Assembly (NCBI GenBank): GCA_043807585.1
Contig: JAZDFV010000015.1
Span: 16,071-80,070, forward strand
Origin: Candidatus Jorgensenbacteria bacterium
GTDB lineage: Bacteria > Patescibacteriota > Minisyncoccia > UBA6257 > GWB1-50-10
Length of the DNA stretch: 64,000 bases
Direction of reading: 5' to 3'
Shown: piece by piece, positions 44,845 to 53,544 of the stretch
Layout: each line of letters starts with the position of its first letter
Position numbering within the stretch: position 1 is the first letter of the stretch
The notes under the pieces: generated by a model
Told to the model about the DNA's origin: nothing
The model's input: only the letters and a program-made list of their open reading frames with translations
Databases searched by the model: none
Program-made: the position numbers and the translations under genes

Positions 44845-44969
44845 CCCGTTAGAAACAGGTCGTCATAGACGACCGTAGTAAAAGCGGCTTTTTCTCAGAC
44901 GTTGTTATTTTACTTTTATAAATAAGGGATTGCATGGCGGTTGTTTTAGTTGTTTCTAACGGGATCCAT
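44842..44969. mobile_element. MITE-like element with 13-bp TIRs (cccgttagaaaca / tgtttctaacggg), filling the dac-stop to mraY-start spacer exactly; its terminal CAT is the mraY start codon
   Basis: catcccgttagaaacagg ... hairpin ... ttgtttctaacgggatccat. Confidence 0.7.
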
Positions 44970-44985
44970 GGTTGTTTACACCCGT

Positions 44986-45948
44986 TCAAAGCTCATAGGC
45001 CCGTTCGGCCCAATCAAGGATGAGGTTCACGTCGCGCACGCGATCCGTGCTCCCAAGAATCACTGCGACGAGCCGCTTGTCATGGAACGAGAGCACCCCG
45101 ACAAGATTCTCGCCGGCACTTTCCAGCGTCCCGGTCTTGCCGCCCAAAAAACGCGCGTCATTCACCAGCGGATTGATGTTCTGCGCCGTGCGGCTCGTTG
45201 GGTCATTCAGGGGCTGCACAAGGAATTGCGGTACGCGGGACCATGAGAAGATCTGCGGATGGTTTGCGAGGATGTAGCGCACCAGCCGGAGTAGGTCGTT
45301 GGGCGTAGCGGTCGTGAGGTCGGAGAGCCCAGCAGGATCGTCAATGTGGGTTCCCGTCATGCCTATCTTCAGGGCCTTTCCCTGCATTACCCGCACAAAC
45401 TCACGTTCCCCTCCGCCCGCTTCCGCAAACACCGACGCCGCATCGTTTGAAGATGTGAGGAGCATCACCCGTAGGAGATCTTGTGAGCGGTACACCTCGC
45501 CGCTCTGGAGTTCCCCCGCGTCGCCGTCGGCCGCAATTGCGGTCTCACTCACAGCCACTTTTTTGTTCTCGCCCAAATTCTCGAGTACGGTGACCGCGGT
45601 AAGCAGCTTTATCACCGAAGCGGTCGGTCGTGCGTTTTCGACGCCCATACCCCACAGCGTCATATCGTCGTCAAGCGAGTAGAGGAGCGCTCCGCGCGCG
45701 GACGGTGTAGGATCGGGCACGTCCCACTTTCTGACCGGCGCTCGATGTGCGCCGCCGAGCACTTCGAGGATCGATGCCCGTTTGAAAGAGACGTTCCCCG
45801 GAGCCGGGATAGGCGTTGAAGTTTCGGGGGCTGCGGAAATGGTTTTGGAGGAAGCGACGGGCGTTGCAACCTCAAAGTTCCGGTGGGTAAGCTCCGCGGA
45901 GATAAGAATGATGAGGATAAGGACAATGGACTGCCAGCGTTCTTTCAT
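44986..45948 (-). CDS. serine-type D-alanyl-D-alanine carboxypeptidase (PBP5/6 family)
   Basis: SxxK (ASVIK), SxN (TSSND) and KTG motifs; start at MKERW (track ORF extends through the repeat as MCYGRGARPVSNGM). Confidence 0.8.
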   Translation of the reverse strand: MKERWQSIVLILIILISAELTHRNFEVATPVASSKTISAAPETSTPIPAPGNVSFKRASILEVLGGAHRAPVRKWDVPDPTPSARGALLYSLDDDMTLWGMGVENARPTASVIKLLTAVTVLENLGENKKVAVSETAIAADGDAGELQSGEVYRSQDLLRVMLLTSSNDAASVFAEAGGGEREFVRVMQGKALKIGMTGTHIDDPAGLSDLTTATPNDLLRLVRYILANHPQIFSWSRVPQFLVQPLNDPTSRTAQNINPLVNDARFLGGKTGTLESAGENLVGVLSFHDKRLVAVILGSTDRVRDVNLILDWAERAYEL

Positions 45949-46076
45949 CCCGTTAGAGACAGGTCGCGCACCGCGACCGTAACACAACGGCCTTTTTTAT
46001 TATTAGACATCACTTTCCCTTTGTGGACGTTAAATAGCATAGTAAATTATTTTAGTTGTCTCTAACGGGATTCATA
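45946..46076. mobile_element. second copy of the cccgttagagaca-TIR element, lying exactly between the scpB stop and the dac start codon
   Basis: catcccgttagagacaggtcgcgcaccgcgacc... ttgtctctaacgggattcat; scpB stop tca at 46077-46079. Confidence 0.7.
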
Positions 46077-46718
46077 TCAGTGTTGCGGTGCCGTTTCGGC
46101 AGGGGTGGTCTCCGCTCCCGTATCCATTTCGATGCGCGCAAGGGCGCCGTGGAACCGTTCGTACTCGGGAAGCTCTTCGACGCGGGAAAACCCAAGGTGC
46201 TTCAAAAATTGAAAGCTTGGGAGGTAGTGGAACACATTCCCCTTCCCCTCGAAGTGCTGCCGTTCCACGAGCCCTCGCACGAGGAGATTCCGGACGGTGA
46301 AACTGGAATTGACGCCGCGGATGTAGTCAATGGTGGCGCGGGGCACCGGTCCCAGGTAGGCGATGAGGGAGAGTGTTTCAAGCCCCGCGGGGGAGAGTTC
46401 CTCGCGGAACTCCTCCTGGAGAAGCCGTTCTCCCACCTGTTTCTGTTCCGCCTTGGTGGCAAGCTGCACCGCCTCGTCATGGACGATAAGGGTGAGGCCG
46501 CGCGCCGGATCCCCGGCAAGCGCCGCCTGCCACTCTTGTATGAGCGCTTCGCACTTCGCCCGGTCCACGTCGAGAAGCTTCGCGATACGGCTCATTTTCA
46601 TAGGTTCCCCGTAGGAGAAAAGGAGTGCTTCAAGGCGCGGGAGCGCTGAGGGGGGCGTGTCCATAGTGATACTCATGTTACGTGTTTTGCTCGCGCCTCG
46701 CAACGGTAATCTCTCCAA
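46077..46718 (-). CDS. scpB: segregation and condensation protein B
   Basis: LEALLFSYGEPMKMSRIAKLL winged-helix repeat typical of ScpB. Confidence 0.8.
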   Translation of the reverse strand: MERLPLRGASKTRNMSITMDTPPSALPRLEALLFSYGEPMKMSRIAKLLDVDRAKCEALIQEWQAALAGDPARGLTLIVHDEAVQLATKAEQKQVGERLLQEEFREELSPAGLETLSLIAYLGPVPRATIDYIRGVNSSFTVRNLLVRGLVERQHFEGKGNVFHYLPSFQFLKHLGFSRVEELPEYERFHGALARIEMDTGAETTPAETAPQH

Positions 46719-47454
46719 AATGGCCGGTTTGCTCGACCCTCACGAGCTGCGTTTTCAAAAGGTGGAGGATGGCGAGGAAAAGCACCACGAGCTCGCTTCT
46801 GCTCCCGCCGCGGTGGAGCGCCCCGAGGCCGAGCGGAGCACCGGTGAGCCGCGCGAGCACCTCCTCTATTTTCTTGGTGAGATTGATGATCTCCGACTTG
46901 ATGTGTCCGGTGGGTTTTGCGATGCGCTCAAGCTCTCCCAAAACGCGTCCGAAGGCGGCAGCGAGATCCCCCGCCGTGAGGCGCGCGGGCGGGTAAAAAA
47001 GCGCTTCGCTTCCCATCAAGAATTCACGCGAGCGCATGAGGGGGAACACGCTCCACCCCCGTGCGAGGTGGCGCTGCCCTTCCTTGAGCTCCCGGTAGAG
47101 CCGCAGGCGGTGTTCAAGGTCGGCCACCTCCCCTTCCTCTTCTTCGGAGAGCGTAAGGTCCGGTAAGAGCGCCTTGGATTTTATGAGGATGAGGCGCGAG
47201 GCGACCACGAGGAAATCCGCGAGGAGGCCGGGCGGAATACCGCCGCCTTTAGCGTCTTTTTCTAGTTTCTCAATATACGCGAGGAAATCCGCGGTTACCT
47301 CGGCGAGGTTCAACCGCGTAATCTCCATCTTTTTCTCTTCTATGAGCTCGAGGAGCTTGTCGAGGGGACCTTGGTAGGTTTCTGTAGCTACTTCGTAGGG
47401 CATGAGGTAATGATAGATGAAAATGGCGTTACCAACATCAAATAGACACAACAA
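46678..47454 (-). CDS. scpA: segregation and condensation protein A
   Basis: MPYEVATETYQGPLDKLLELIEEKKMEITRL matches the ScpA N-terminus; overlaps scpB. Confidence 0.8.
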   Translation of the reverse strand: MLCLFDVGNAIFIYHYLMPYEVATETYQGPLDKLLELIEEKKMEITRLNLAEVTADFLAYIEKLEKDAKGGGIPPGLLADFLVVASRLILIKSKALLPDLTLSEEEEGEVADLEHRLRLYRELKEGQRHLARGWSVFPLMRSREFLMGSEALFYPPARLTAGDLAAAFGRVLGELERIAKPTGHIKSEIINLTKKIEEVLARLTGAPLGLGALHRGGSRSELVVLFLAILHLLKTQLVRVEQTGHFGEITVARREQNT

Positions 47455-47462
47455 ACCGAACC

Positions 47463-47894
47463 CTACCTTGGAATTTTATTCTCGACACGGAGAAATATTT
47501 GCTTTATGTCTTCCAATCGAACCCTTCTCAATACCTCATCTCTATCACACCATACAACCTCTTCAATGTTCTCGAGTGGAATTGGTATTTCGTTCTCACC
47601 AAGCTCCAACGTAAATAGATGGGTAATCCCTTTTCCTCCTACCCTTCCTGGCTTTTCCAACCCATAAACAAATTCATTTTTCACTCCCGTATCCTTACAT
47701 CGATTTTCACTTACATCCAAACCGGTTTCCTCTTTTATTTCTCTTCTCAAACATTCAACGAGCGTACCATCCGTTTCTTCTTTTACACCGCCAGGAAACG
47801 TCCAAAAACCTTGCCTATGTTTTAGGAGTAAAAATTGCAGACCATTTTCAACTCTTCTAAAGGTGAGCGCTAAAACCCCCGTTATTTTTTGCAT
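47463..47894 (-). CDS. NUDIX hydrolase
   Basis: Nudix box GGVKEETDGTLVECLRREIKEETGL. Confidence 0.75.
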   Translation of the reverse strand: MQKITGVLALTFRRVENGLQFLLLKHRQGFWTFPGGVKEETDGTLVECLRREIKEETGLDVSENRCKDTGVKNEFVYGLEKPGRVGGKGITHLFTLELGENEIPIPLENIEEVVWCDRDEVLRRVRLEDIKQIFLRVENKIPR

Positions 47895-47903
47895 GAAACT
47901 ATT

Positions 47904-48938
47904 TTAGCCATGCCTAATAACCATCACATCACCGTCCTGGACCACATAATCCTTCCCCTCCAACCGTAGCCAGCCCTTCTGTTTTGCAATCGCCCACGGC
48001 GATTGTCCTGAGCCTGTCGAAGGACCGCTCACTGAACGGGCCGCTTCAATCAGTTTCTCGTACGAGATGACCTCGGCGCGGATGAACTTCTTCTCAAAAT
48101 CGGTGTGGATGACCCCCGCCGCCTGCGGTGCCTTCCAGCCGCGCTCGATGGTCCATGCCCGTGTTTCGTCCTCGCCGGTGGTGAGGAAACTGATGAGCCC
48201 CAATACCTCGTACGCCTTCTTTATGAACGCGGGTATGGCGTCAGTCGTGGCGAGGTCGGCAATAAGGTAGCCCGCACCCATTTCCTTTATCTTCGCCTTA
48301 AGCTCGTCGTTCACATCACTTTCCTTGCCATTCAAAAGCACTATTTGTTTTTTGGCTGTGAGGAGCTGGAGATTGGCGACCGCCTCTTCATGTGCGAAAG
48401 GAGTGAGAGGGTTTCCCCCCGCGAGCGTTTCTTTCGCTTTGCGAAGCACGTCACAGTCGCGAATCGCGGTTTTGTTGCCGCCGCGCGCGTCCGCCACGGC
48501 GCCCGCGAGGCGCTTCTCCAGCGTCTCGAGGTCCTTCAGCGCGAGCTCCGCGCCGATGATCCCGAGGTCGCGCACCGGATCGGAGGTACCCTCCACATGC
48601 ACGATCTCGCTCCCGCCGAAGCAGCGCACCACCTGCACAATGGCTTTGCACTCGCGGATGTGTGCGAGGAACTGGTTTCCCAAACCTTCTCCCTTATGCG
48701 AGCCCTTCACAAGCCCAGCGATGTCGTAGAATTCCACGACTGCCGGGACCACCTTCTTGGAATGAGAGAGCGTCGCGAGCTTTTCCACGCGCTCATCGGG
48801 CACCTGCACCACGCCCACATTCGGGTCAATGGTGGCAAAGGGGTAGTTCGCGATGTGCACCTCCTGCTTCGTGAGAACCTTGAACAGCGTGGATTTCCCC
48901 ACGTTGGGCAATCCCACAATACCGATACTTAATTTCAT
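47904..48938 (-). CDS. ychF: ribosome-binding ATPase YchF/Ola1
   Basis: IGIVGLPNVGKSTLF P-loop, TGS C-terminal domain; start at MKLSIG (track ORF reads through the repeat as ...PISNGM). Confidence 0.9.
   Translation of the reverse strand: MKLSIGIVGLPNVGKSTLFKVLTKQEVHIANYPFATIDPNVGVVQVPDERVEKLATLSHSKKVVPAVVEFYDIAGLVKGSHKGEGLGNQFLAHIRECKAIVQVVRCFGGSEIVHVEGTSDPVRDLGIIGAELALKDLETLEKRLAGAVADARGGNKTAIRDCDVLRKAKETLAGGNPLTPFAHEEAVANLQLLTAKKQIVLLNGKESDVNDELKAKIKEMGAGYLIADLATTDAIPAFIKKAYEVLGLISFLTTGEDETRAWTIERGWKAPQAAGVIHTDFEKKFIRAEVISYEKLIEAARSVSGPSTGSGQSPWAIAKQKGWLRLEGKDYVVQDGDVMVIRHG
47986..48030. mobile_element. hairpin plus cctgagcctgtcgaagg element in-frame near the 3-prime end of ychF
   Basis: ttgcaatcgcccacggcgattgtcctgagcctgtcgaaggacc; same module as 20672-20735. 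Confidence 0.5.
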
Positions 48939-49064
48939 CCCGTTAGAGATAGGTTGCCGCAGGCAACCGTAACACAACGGCCTTTTTATTCTCAATCAAT
49001 GTTGTGTCTTTTTGAACGTCGAATCGCACAGGTAAGGGTCTTAGTTATCTCTAACGGGATTCAT
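48936..49064. mobile_element. third full copy of the cccgttagaga-TIR element, abutting the ychF start codon
   Basis: catcccgttagagataggttgccgcaggcaacc ... ttatctctaacgggattcat. Confidence 0.7.
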
Positions 49065-49150
49065 AATCGTTTGACCTCAACTCAAGAATATCGTACACTG
49101 ATATCGGCACAAAATCCACAAAACTTTCACAGAAAGGAAGGGAGGCGCCT

Positions 49151-49459
49151 ATGCATGGCGAACTAGATCTCGGCACGGCGCTTGCGGCGTTCGTGATTCT
49201 CGCGGTTGCAGTAAGCATCTTTTTATGCGGCTTCGTGCATCTCATGACGAGGAAAGAACCGCCCGCGAAGTTAACTCATAGGGGAACGGTGACGATGCCT
49301 CCTGAAGAGTTCCGACCCCGAGGCGGATTCGTAACGGTGAAAAGTCCATGTTGTGGTGCTCCCACTTACTGGACCGATGGTGGCATTCGAATCGAGAAAT
49401 GTTCGAAATGCCATAATCCTGTCGCGCCGCCGGCGCAGTATCGCACCACGAAGGAATGA
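49151..49459 (+). CDS. small hypothetical protein with N-terminal TM helix and C-terminal CC...CSKC zinc-ribbon
   Basis: 102-aa ORF. Confidence 0.4.
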   Translation: MHGELDLGTALAAFVILAVAVSIFLCGFVHLMTRKEPPAKLTHRGTVTMPPEEFRPRGGFVTVKSPCCGAPTYWTDGGIRIEKCSKCHNPVAPPAQYRTTKE

Positions 49460-49510
49460 TGCAAACAAGCGAGAATCTTTATGGAAAACCGCGGAACGAG
49501 TCCGCGGTTT

Positions 49511-50161
49511 TCACTTGCCCGAGAGGACAAATCGGTACTTCTTTTTTGACCACACCGGACCAGCATATTCAACTCCAATTCTTTCGCCTTTCGCGATTTG
49601 CCTCTTGCTAACCCGCACTCCCCTGTCCTCAATCCACAAACCTGTCCGTCGGCTGGCGCGCATGCCATTGAACCGCTTATCAATTTTGAAAAACCTTGTA
49701 ACCCGCCCCGGTCCGCTAATACACCGACACCGAGGTTCAACCTCTCTGTATGGAGGTTGAACCTCCATAAATTGAACACTTCTTATTAGAACCGCCGCAG
49801 GGTATCCTTTCTCGCGCGTCACCACATTCAGCATCCAGTGCATCCCATAGGTGAAGTACACGTACCAGCGCCCGGGCGGCCCGAACATAGGGGCGTTCCG
49901 CTTGGTGAGCCCCCGCGAGGCGTGCGAGGCCCCATCATGCGGCCCGTCGTAGGCCTCCACCTCGGTTATCATTGCGACGACGTACTTACGTCGTCGTCCT
50001 GAGGACATTCGGCTGAGCCCTTCGGCGGTGAGCTCAGGGCCGAACCGCTCAGTCGAAGCCCCTGTCGAAGGACATCTCCGCACCAAGTACTTCCCCAGTA
50101 GTTCCCGCGCCACCGCAAGCGCCGGACGCTCAAAAAATTTATCCGACAACAATTTTCTCAT
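49511..50161 (-). CDS. DNA-3-methyladenine glycosylase (Mpg/AAG family) with in-frame repeat insertion
   Basis: FFERPALAVARELLGKYLV ... ITEVEAYDGPHDGASHA ... FGPPGRWYVYFTYGMHWMLNVV match AAG blocks; [27 protein letters not shown] segment is encoded by the CTGAGC-family element (50010-50075). Confidence 0.8.
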   Translation of the reverse strand: MRKLLSDKFFERPALAVARELLGKYLVRRCPSTGASTERFGPELTAEGLSRMSSGRRRKYVVAMITEVEAYDGPHDGASHASRGLTKRNAPMFGPPGRWYVYFTYGMHWMLNVVTREKGYPAAVLIRSVQFMEVQPPYREVEPRCRCISGPGRVTRFFKIDKRFNGMRASRRTGLWIEDRGVRVSKRQIAKGERIGVEYAGPVWSKKKYRFVLSGK

Positions 50162-50215
50162 AAATCCCCCATCCTCAATTCATTCACGTACGTGAATGAA
50201 TTGAGGACACTCCAT

Positions 50216-50590
50216 CTACAGCAATCTTCGGACCTCTTCCATTACCCCTCGCGGGACCGGGTCACGCTCCGGGCTCTTCCCCGGGTACCGCCACGCCGTT
50301 ATCACTTTTATCTTCGGCTTTTCTATTAGCTTTGAGCTGTGAGCTTTTAGCTGTGAGCCAGCTCGTTGGCCGCGACCAACGAGCTTGTACATCACCCACA
50401 TCTCCTGGTACCGCTTGGTGCCGGCGGGTTGCATCACCGCCACGGTCTGCGGGGCGATCCCCTCCTCCACGCGCGAGGGGTGACGTATGATGCGGCGGAT
50501 GCGCCCCTCGGAAATGCCGTAGTACTGCATTTTCTCCACGACGTGGTACGTCCAGGAGTAGGTGCTATCCTCGCGAGGCAACTTTTGCAT
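50216..50590 (-). CDS. hypothetical small protein (possibly DUF4258/RelE-like) with in-frame palindromic insertion (agctgtgagc repeats, 50290-50350)
   Basis: Start taken at MQKLPRED; the insertion encodes GRGQRAGSQLKAHSSKLIEKPK. Confidence 0.3.
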   Translation of the reverse strand: MQKLPREDSTYSWTYHVVEKMQYYGISEGRIRRIIRHPSRVEEGIAPQTVAVMQPAGTKRYQEMWVMYKLVGRGQRAGSQLKAHSSKLIEKPKIKVITAWRYPGKSPERDPVPRGVMEEVRRLL

Positions 50591-50750
50591 GCTGGGGAAA
50601 ACTACAAATTCCAAGCACCAAACACCAAATAAATACCAATGTTCAAAATTCAAAACTTCTGAATTTCGGTCATTGTCTCGCTACGCGAGATCCCGCGAAG
50701 CGGGAGAAATTGGAATTTATTTGAGATTTGATTTTTGAGATTTGGGATTT

Positions 50751-51332
50751 TTATGGTCTCTGGTACAACCCCGTGAGGGCAGTTTGGTTAATGATGTGTC
50801 CCTCCATCGCCGCGAGGAGCGCGGCATTATCGGCGCCCGCGGGAACGGTGAGCATCGTATCCAAGGCATAGAGTGAAAAGACGTAGCGGTGGGGCTTGTC
50901 TCCGCGCGGCGGACACGGACCGCTGTACTTTACGTATCCAGCACTCGTTTTCCCCTGCACGGCATCGGACGGCAGATTGTCCTCGGAGATGTACTGCGTT
51001 TTCGGGTCTATGTTCCAGACGAGCCAGTGAATCCAGGTCCCGCGCGGCGCATCGGGATCATCCACCACGAGCGCAAAACTCACCGTGCCCTCAGGCGTGT
51101 TCTTGATCTCCAGAAATGGATTCACGTCGTCCCCGTCACAGGTAAACTTTGCGGGGATGGCACCGCCTTCCTTAAACACCGAGCTCTTGATGGTGAAAGT
51201 GTCCATGGGAACGTGAGAAGCCGGCACGGGGTTCCGCGGGGGTGCGAGGGAGATGCCAACCACGATGGCAATACCCACGCACCCGAGGAGAATCCACCGC
51301 ATGGCACCGTTTTCCACACCATTGTCTGGCAT
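50751..51332 (-). CDS. YbhB/YbcL-family phosphatidylethanolamine-binding (PEBP) protein
   Basis: FTCDGDDVNP ... VVDDPDAP ... HW ... YSGPCPP.GDKPHRYVFSLYALD signature. Confidence 0.75.
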   Translation of the reverse strand: MPDNGVENGAMRWILLGCVGIAIVVGISLAPPRNPVPASHVPMDTFTIKSSVFKEGGAIPAKFTCDGDDVNPFLEIKNTPEGTVSFALVVDDPDAPRGTWIHWLVWNIDPKTQYISEDNLPSDAVQGKTSAGYVKYSGPCPPRGDKPHRYVFSLYALDTMLTVPAGADNAALLAAMEGHIINQTALTGLYQRP

Positions 51333-51370
51333 TTTGGAAAAATTTACAAGCCGCGTATAATAGGGGCGTT

Positions 51371-52474
51371 ATGGCCATTGCTATCTACCGCCGCTACCGG
51401 CCGGCCACTTTCGGAGACCTCCTCGGGCAGGAGCTCACCGCCCGCACTCTGAAGGAAGCCGCGAAGCAGGAGAAACTCGCCCACGCGTACCTCCTAGCGG
51501 GGCCGCGCGGCACAGGGAAGACCACCACCGCGCGCCTTATCGCCAAGATAGCGAACTGCGAGACCCGCGCGAAGGACGCGAAGTTCCGCGCGGAGGGAGA
51601 GCCCTGCAACCACTGCACCCATTGCACCGAGATCGACGAGGGGCGCAGTTTGGATGTGATAGAAATAGACGCGGCGTCAAACCGCGGCATTGATGAAATG
51701 CGGGACCTGAAGGAGAGCATTCGCGTCTCCCCCTCCTCATCACGCCACAAGGTGTTCATCATTGACGAGGCGCACCAGCTCACGAAGGACGCCTTTAATG
51801 CGCTCTTAAAAAGTTTGGAGGAGCCGCCGCCCCACATCATTATGATCCTTGCGACCACGGAGGCAGACCGCATCCCGCCGACCATCATTTCACGCACCCA
51901 GCAGTTCTACTTCCGCCGCGTGCCAAGGGAGCTCGTCATGCAAAAACTCACCCGCATCGCCAAGGAGGAACAGGTGGATGTGAGCGGGGAAGCACTGGAC
52001 CTCATCGCCGCCTCCGGTGAGGGTAGCTTTCGCGACGCAGAATCGCTCCTGGACCAGCTAATCTCTTTCGGCGGCCACAGCATCGCCCTCACCGACGTGG
52101 AGGGCATGATAGGCAAGGTGGGATTCGCGAAACTCTCTGCATTCGCGGGGCTCCTCATTGCGGGAGACCGCAAGGCGGCGCTCGCCGCGCTCGCTGAACT
52201 TTCCGATGCCGGCTACAACCTCGCCCAATTCACCAAGGATCTCATCCAGTACCTCCGCCGCGTGGCGGTCATCGCCTACAGCGCTTCCATGAAAGACGTG
52301 TTTGCGCGGGAACTCACCGCCGAGCACGTCGCCCAGCTCACAGAGCATGCCAAGGAGTTCAAGGACAAGCACCTGGAACTCCTGAAGGGCCTCATCCACG
52401 CCTACAGCCAGATGCGCTACAGCCAGTTCCCGATAATTCCGTTGGAAGTTGCGATAATAGAAGCGCTGAAATAG
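51371..52474 (+). CDS. dnaX: DNA polymerase III subunit gamma/tau (short, gamma-like)
   Basis: YRPATFGDLLGQE, GPRGTGKTTTARL Walker A, CNHCTHC zinc module, FIIDEAHQL. Confidence 0.85.
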   Translation: MAIAIYRRYRPATFGDLLGQELTARTLKEAAKQEKLAHAYLLAGPRGTGKTTTARLIAKIANCETRAKDAKFRAEGEPCNHCTHCTEIDEGRSLDVIEIDAASNRGIDEMRDLKESIRVSPSSSRHKVFIIDEAHQLTKDAFNALLKSLEEPPPHIIMILATTEADRIPPTIISRTQQFYFRRVPRELVMQKLTRIAKEEQVDVSGEALDLIAASGEGSFRDAESLLDQLISFGGHSIALTDVEGMIGKVGFAKLSAFAGLLIAGDRKAALAALAELSDAGYNLAQFTKDLIQYLRRVAVIAYSASMKDVFARELTAEHVAQLTEHAKEFKDKHLELLKGLIHAYSQMRYSQFPIIPLEVAIIEALK

Positions 52475-52537
52475 AAAATACGCTTTCATTTATGGACTAG
52501 GCTATGCTATAATAGAGCATATTACCTAGGTTCGTTT

Positions 52538-53224
52538 ATGTTATCCCCTTCTCTTAAAGAAAAGGCTGTCGCGCTCCGGCGTGGTGGTCTTTCTTACTCT
52601 GAAATACTCAACCAAATACCAATTGCAAAATCAACTCTTTCGACGTGGTTACATTCGGTTGGATTATCCAAAAAACAAAAGCAACGACTGACGGAAAAGA
52701 AATTAGCTTCTGCAAGACGCGGCGCTTTTAGAAAGCACGAAATAAGACTCTTAAAAACGGATGCTATTTTCAAAGAGGCAATAAAAGATATTGCCCATAT
52801 TTCCGAAAGAGAGTTGTTTCTTATAGGCGTTGCGTTGTATTGGGCAGAAGGAGCTAAAGAAAAAGAATGGAGGCCTGGGTCAGGGGTACAATTCACAAAC
52901 TCAGATGCTTCTATGGTAACACTCTTCTTGAAATGGCTTACTGATGTGTGCCGTGTAGATAAAGATGAAATCTACTTTGACCTTTTTATTCACGAAACCA
53001 GCAAGAATCGAGTTAGTTCTATAATTGATTATTGGTCCAAACATACAAATTTTCCAAGAAATTACTTCCAGCACGTTTATTTTAAACGAAATAAACTAGC
53101 CACCAAGAGAAAAAACGTTGGAGATTCTTATTTTGGAGTTATAAAGGTGAGAGTAAAAACAAGCTCAACACTAAATAGAAAAATTGCAGGATGGACAAAG
53201 GGCGTGATAAAGTATGCAAAGTGA
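52538..53224 (+). CDS. hypothetical protein with N-terminal HTH and a LAGLIDADG-like core (possible degenerate homing endonuclease), low GC, ending 2 nt before tRNA-Gln
   Basis: LSYSEILNQIPIAKSTLSTWL HTH-like; ELFLIGVALYWAEGAKE resembles a LAGLIDADG helix. Confidence 0.35.
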   Translation: MLSPSLKEKAVALRRGGLSYSEILNQIPIAKSTLSTWLHSVGLSKKQKQRLTEKKLASARRGAFRKHEIRLLKTDAIFKEAIKDIAHISERELFLIGVALYWAEGAKEKEWRPGSGVQFTNSDASMVTLFLKWLTDVCRVDKDEIYFDLFIHETSKNRVSSIIDYWSKHTNFPRNYFQHVYFKRNKLATKRKNVGDSYFGVIKVRVKTSSTLNRKIAGWTKGVIKYAK

Positions 53225-53226
53225 AT

Positions 53227-53297
53227 TGGGGGGTGGTGTAACGGTAGCACGCCAGGCTTTGAACCTGGAAATTTAGGTCCGATTCCTAGCCCCCCAG
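53227..53297 (+). tRNA. tRNA-Gln (anticodon TTG); T-loop reads TCCGATT (C at position 55); CCA not encoded
   Basis: Hand-folded cloverleaf: acceptor TGGGGGG/CCCCCCA, 3-bp D-stem GTG/CAC (as in E. coli tRNA-Gln), anticodon stem CCAGG/CCTGG, loop CTTTGAA, T-stem TTAGG/CCTAG. Confidence 0.6.
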
Positions 53298-53544
53298 CAC
53301 TCAATTTTTCTTAGCAAGGAACGAGCTTAGAAAAATGAGTGCTCCGACCGGAGAGTCTGAGCGAATAAGTCAGCGCAGCCTGCCCTGAGTTAACCCTGGG
53401 TTTGCCGAAGGATTTATCGAAGGGTATCGAGGGGCCGAGGAGCCTCATAAATATGCTAATAACTACAGGAAAGGACCTAGAGCCAAACATAAAAAATATC
53501 TCGAAAACATAGAGAGTCGGTTTTTATTTCATGATATTTACGGA

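Noticed and set aside
44986-48995. N-terminal extensions MCYGRGARPVSNGM (dac) and MRIKRPLCYGCLRQPISNGM (ychF) proposed by the ORF track
   Set aside because: The extensions are encoded by the shared TIR repeat element, not by gene-specific sequence. The conserved protein begins at the internal Met supplied by the element terminus.
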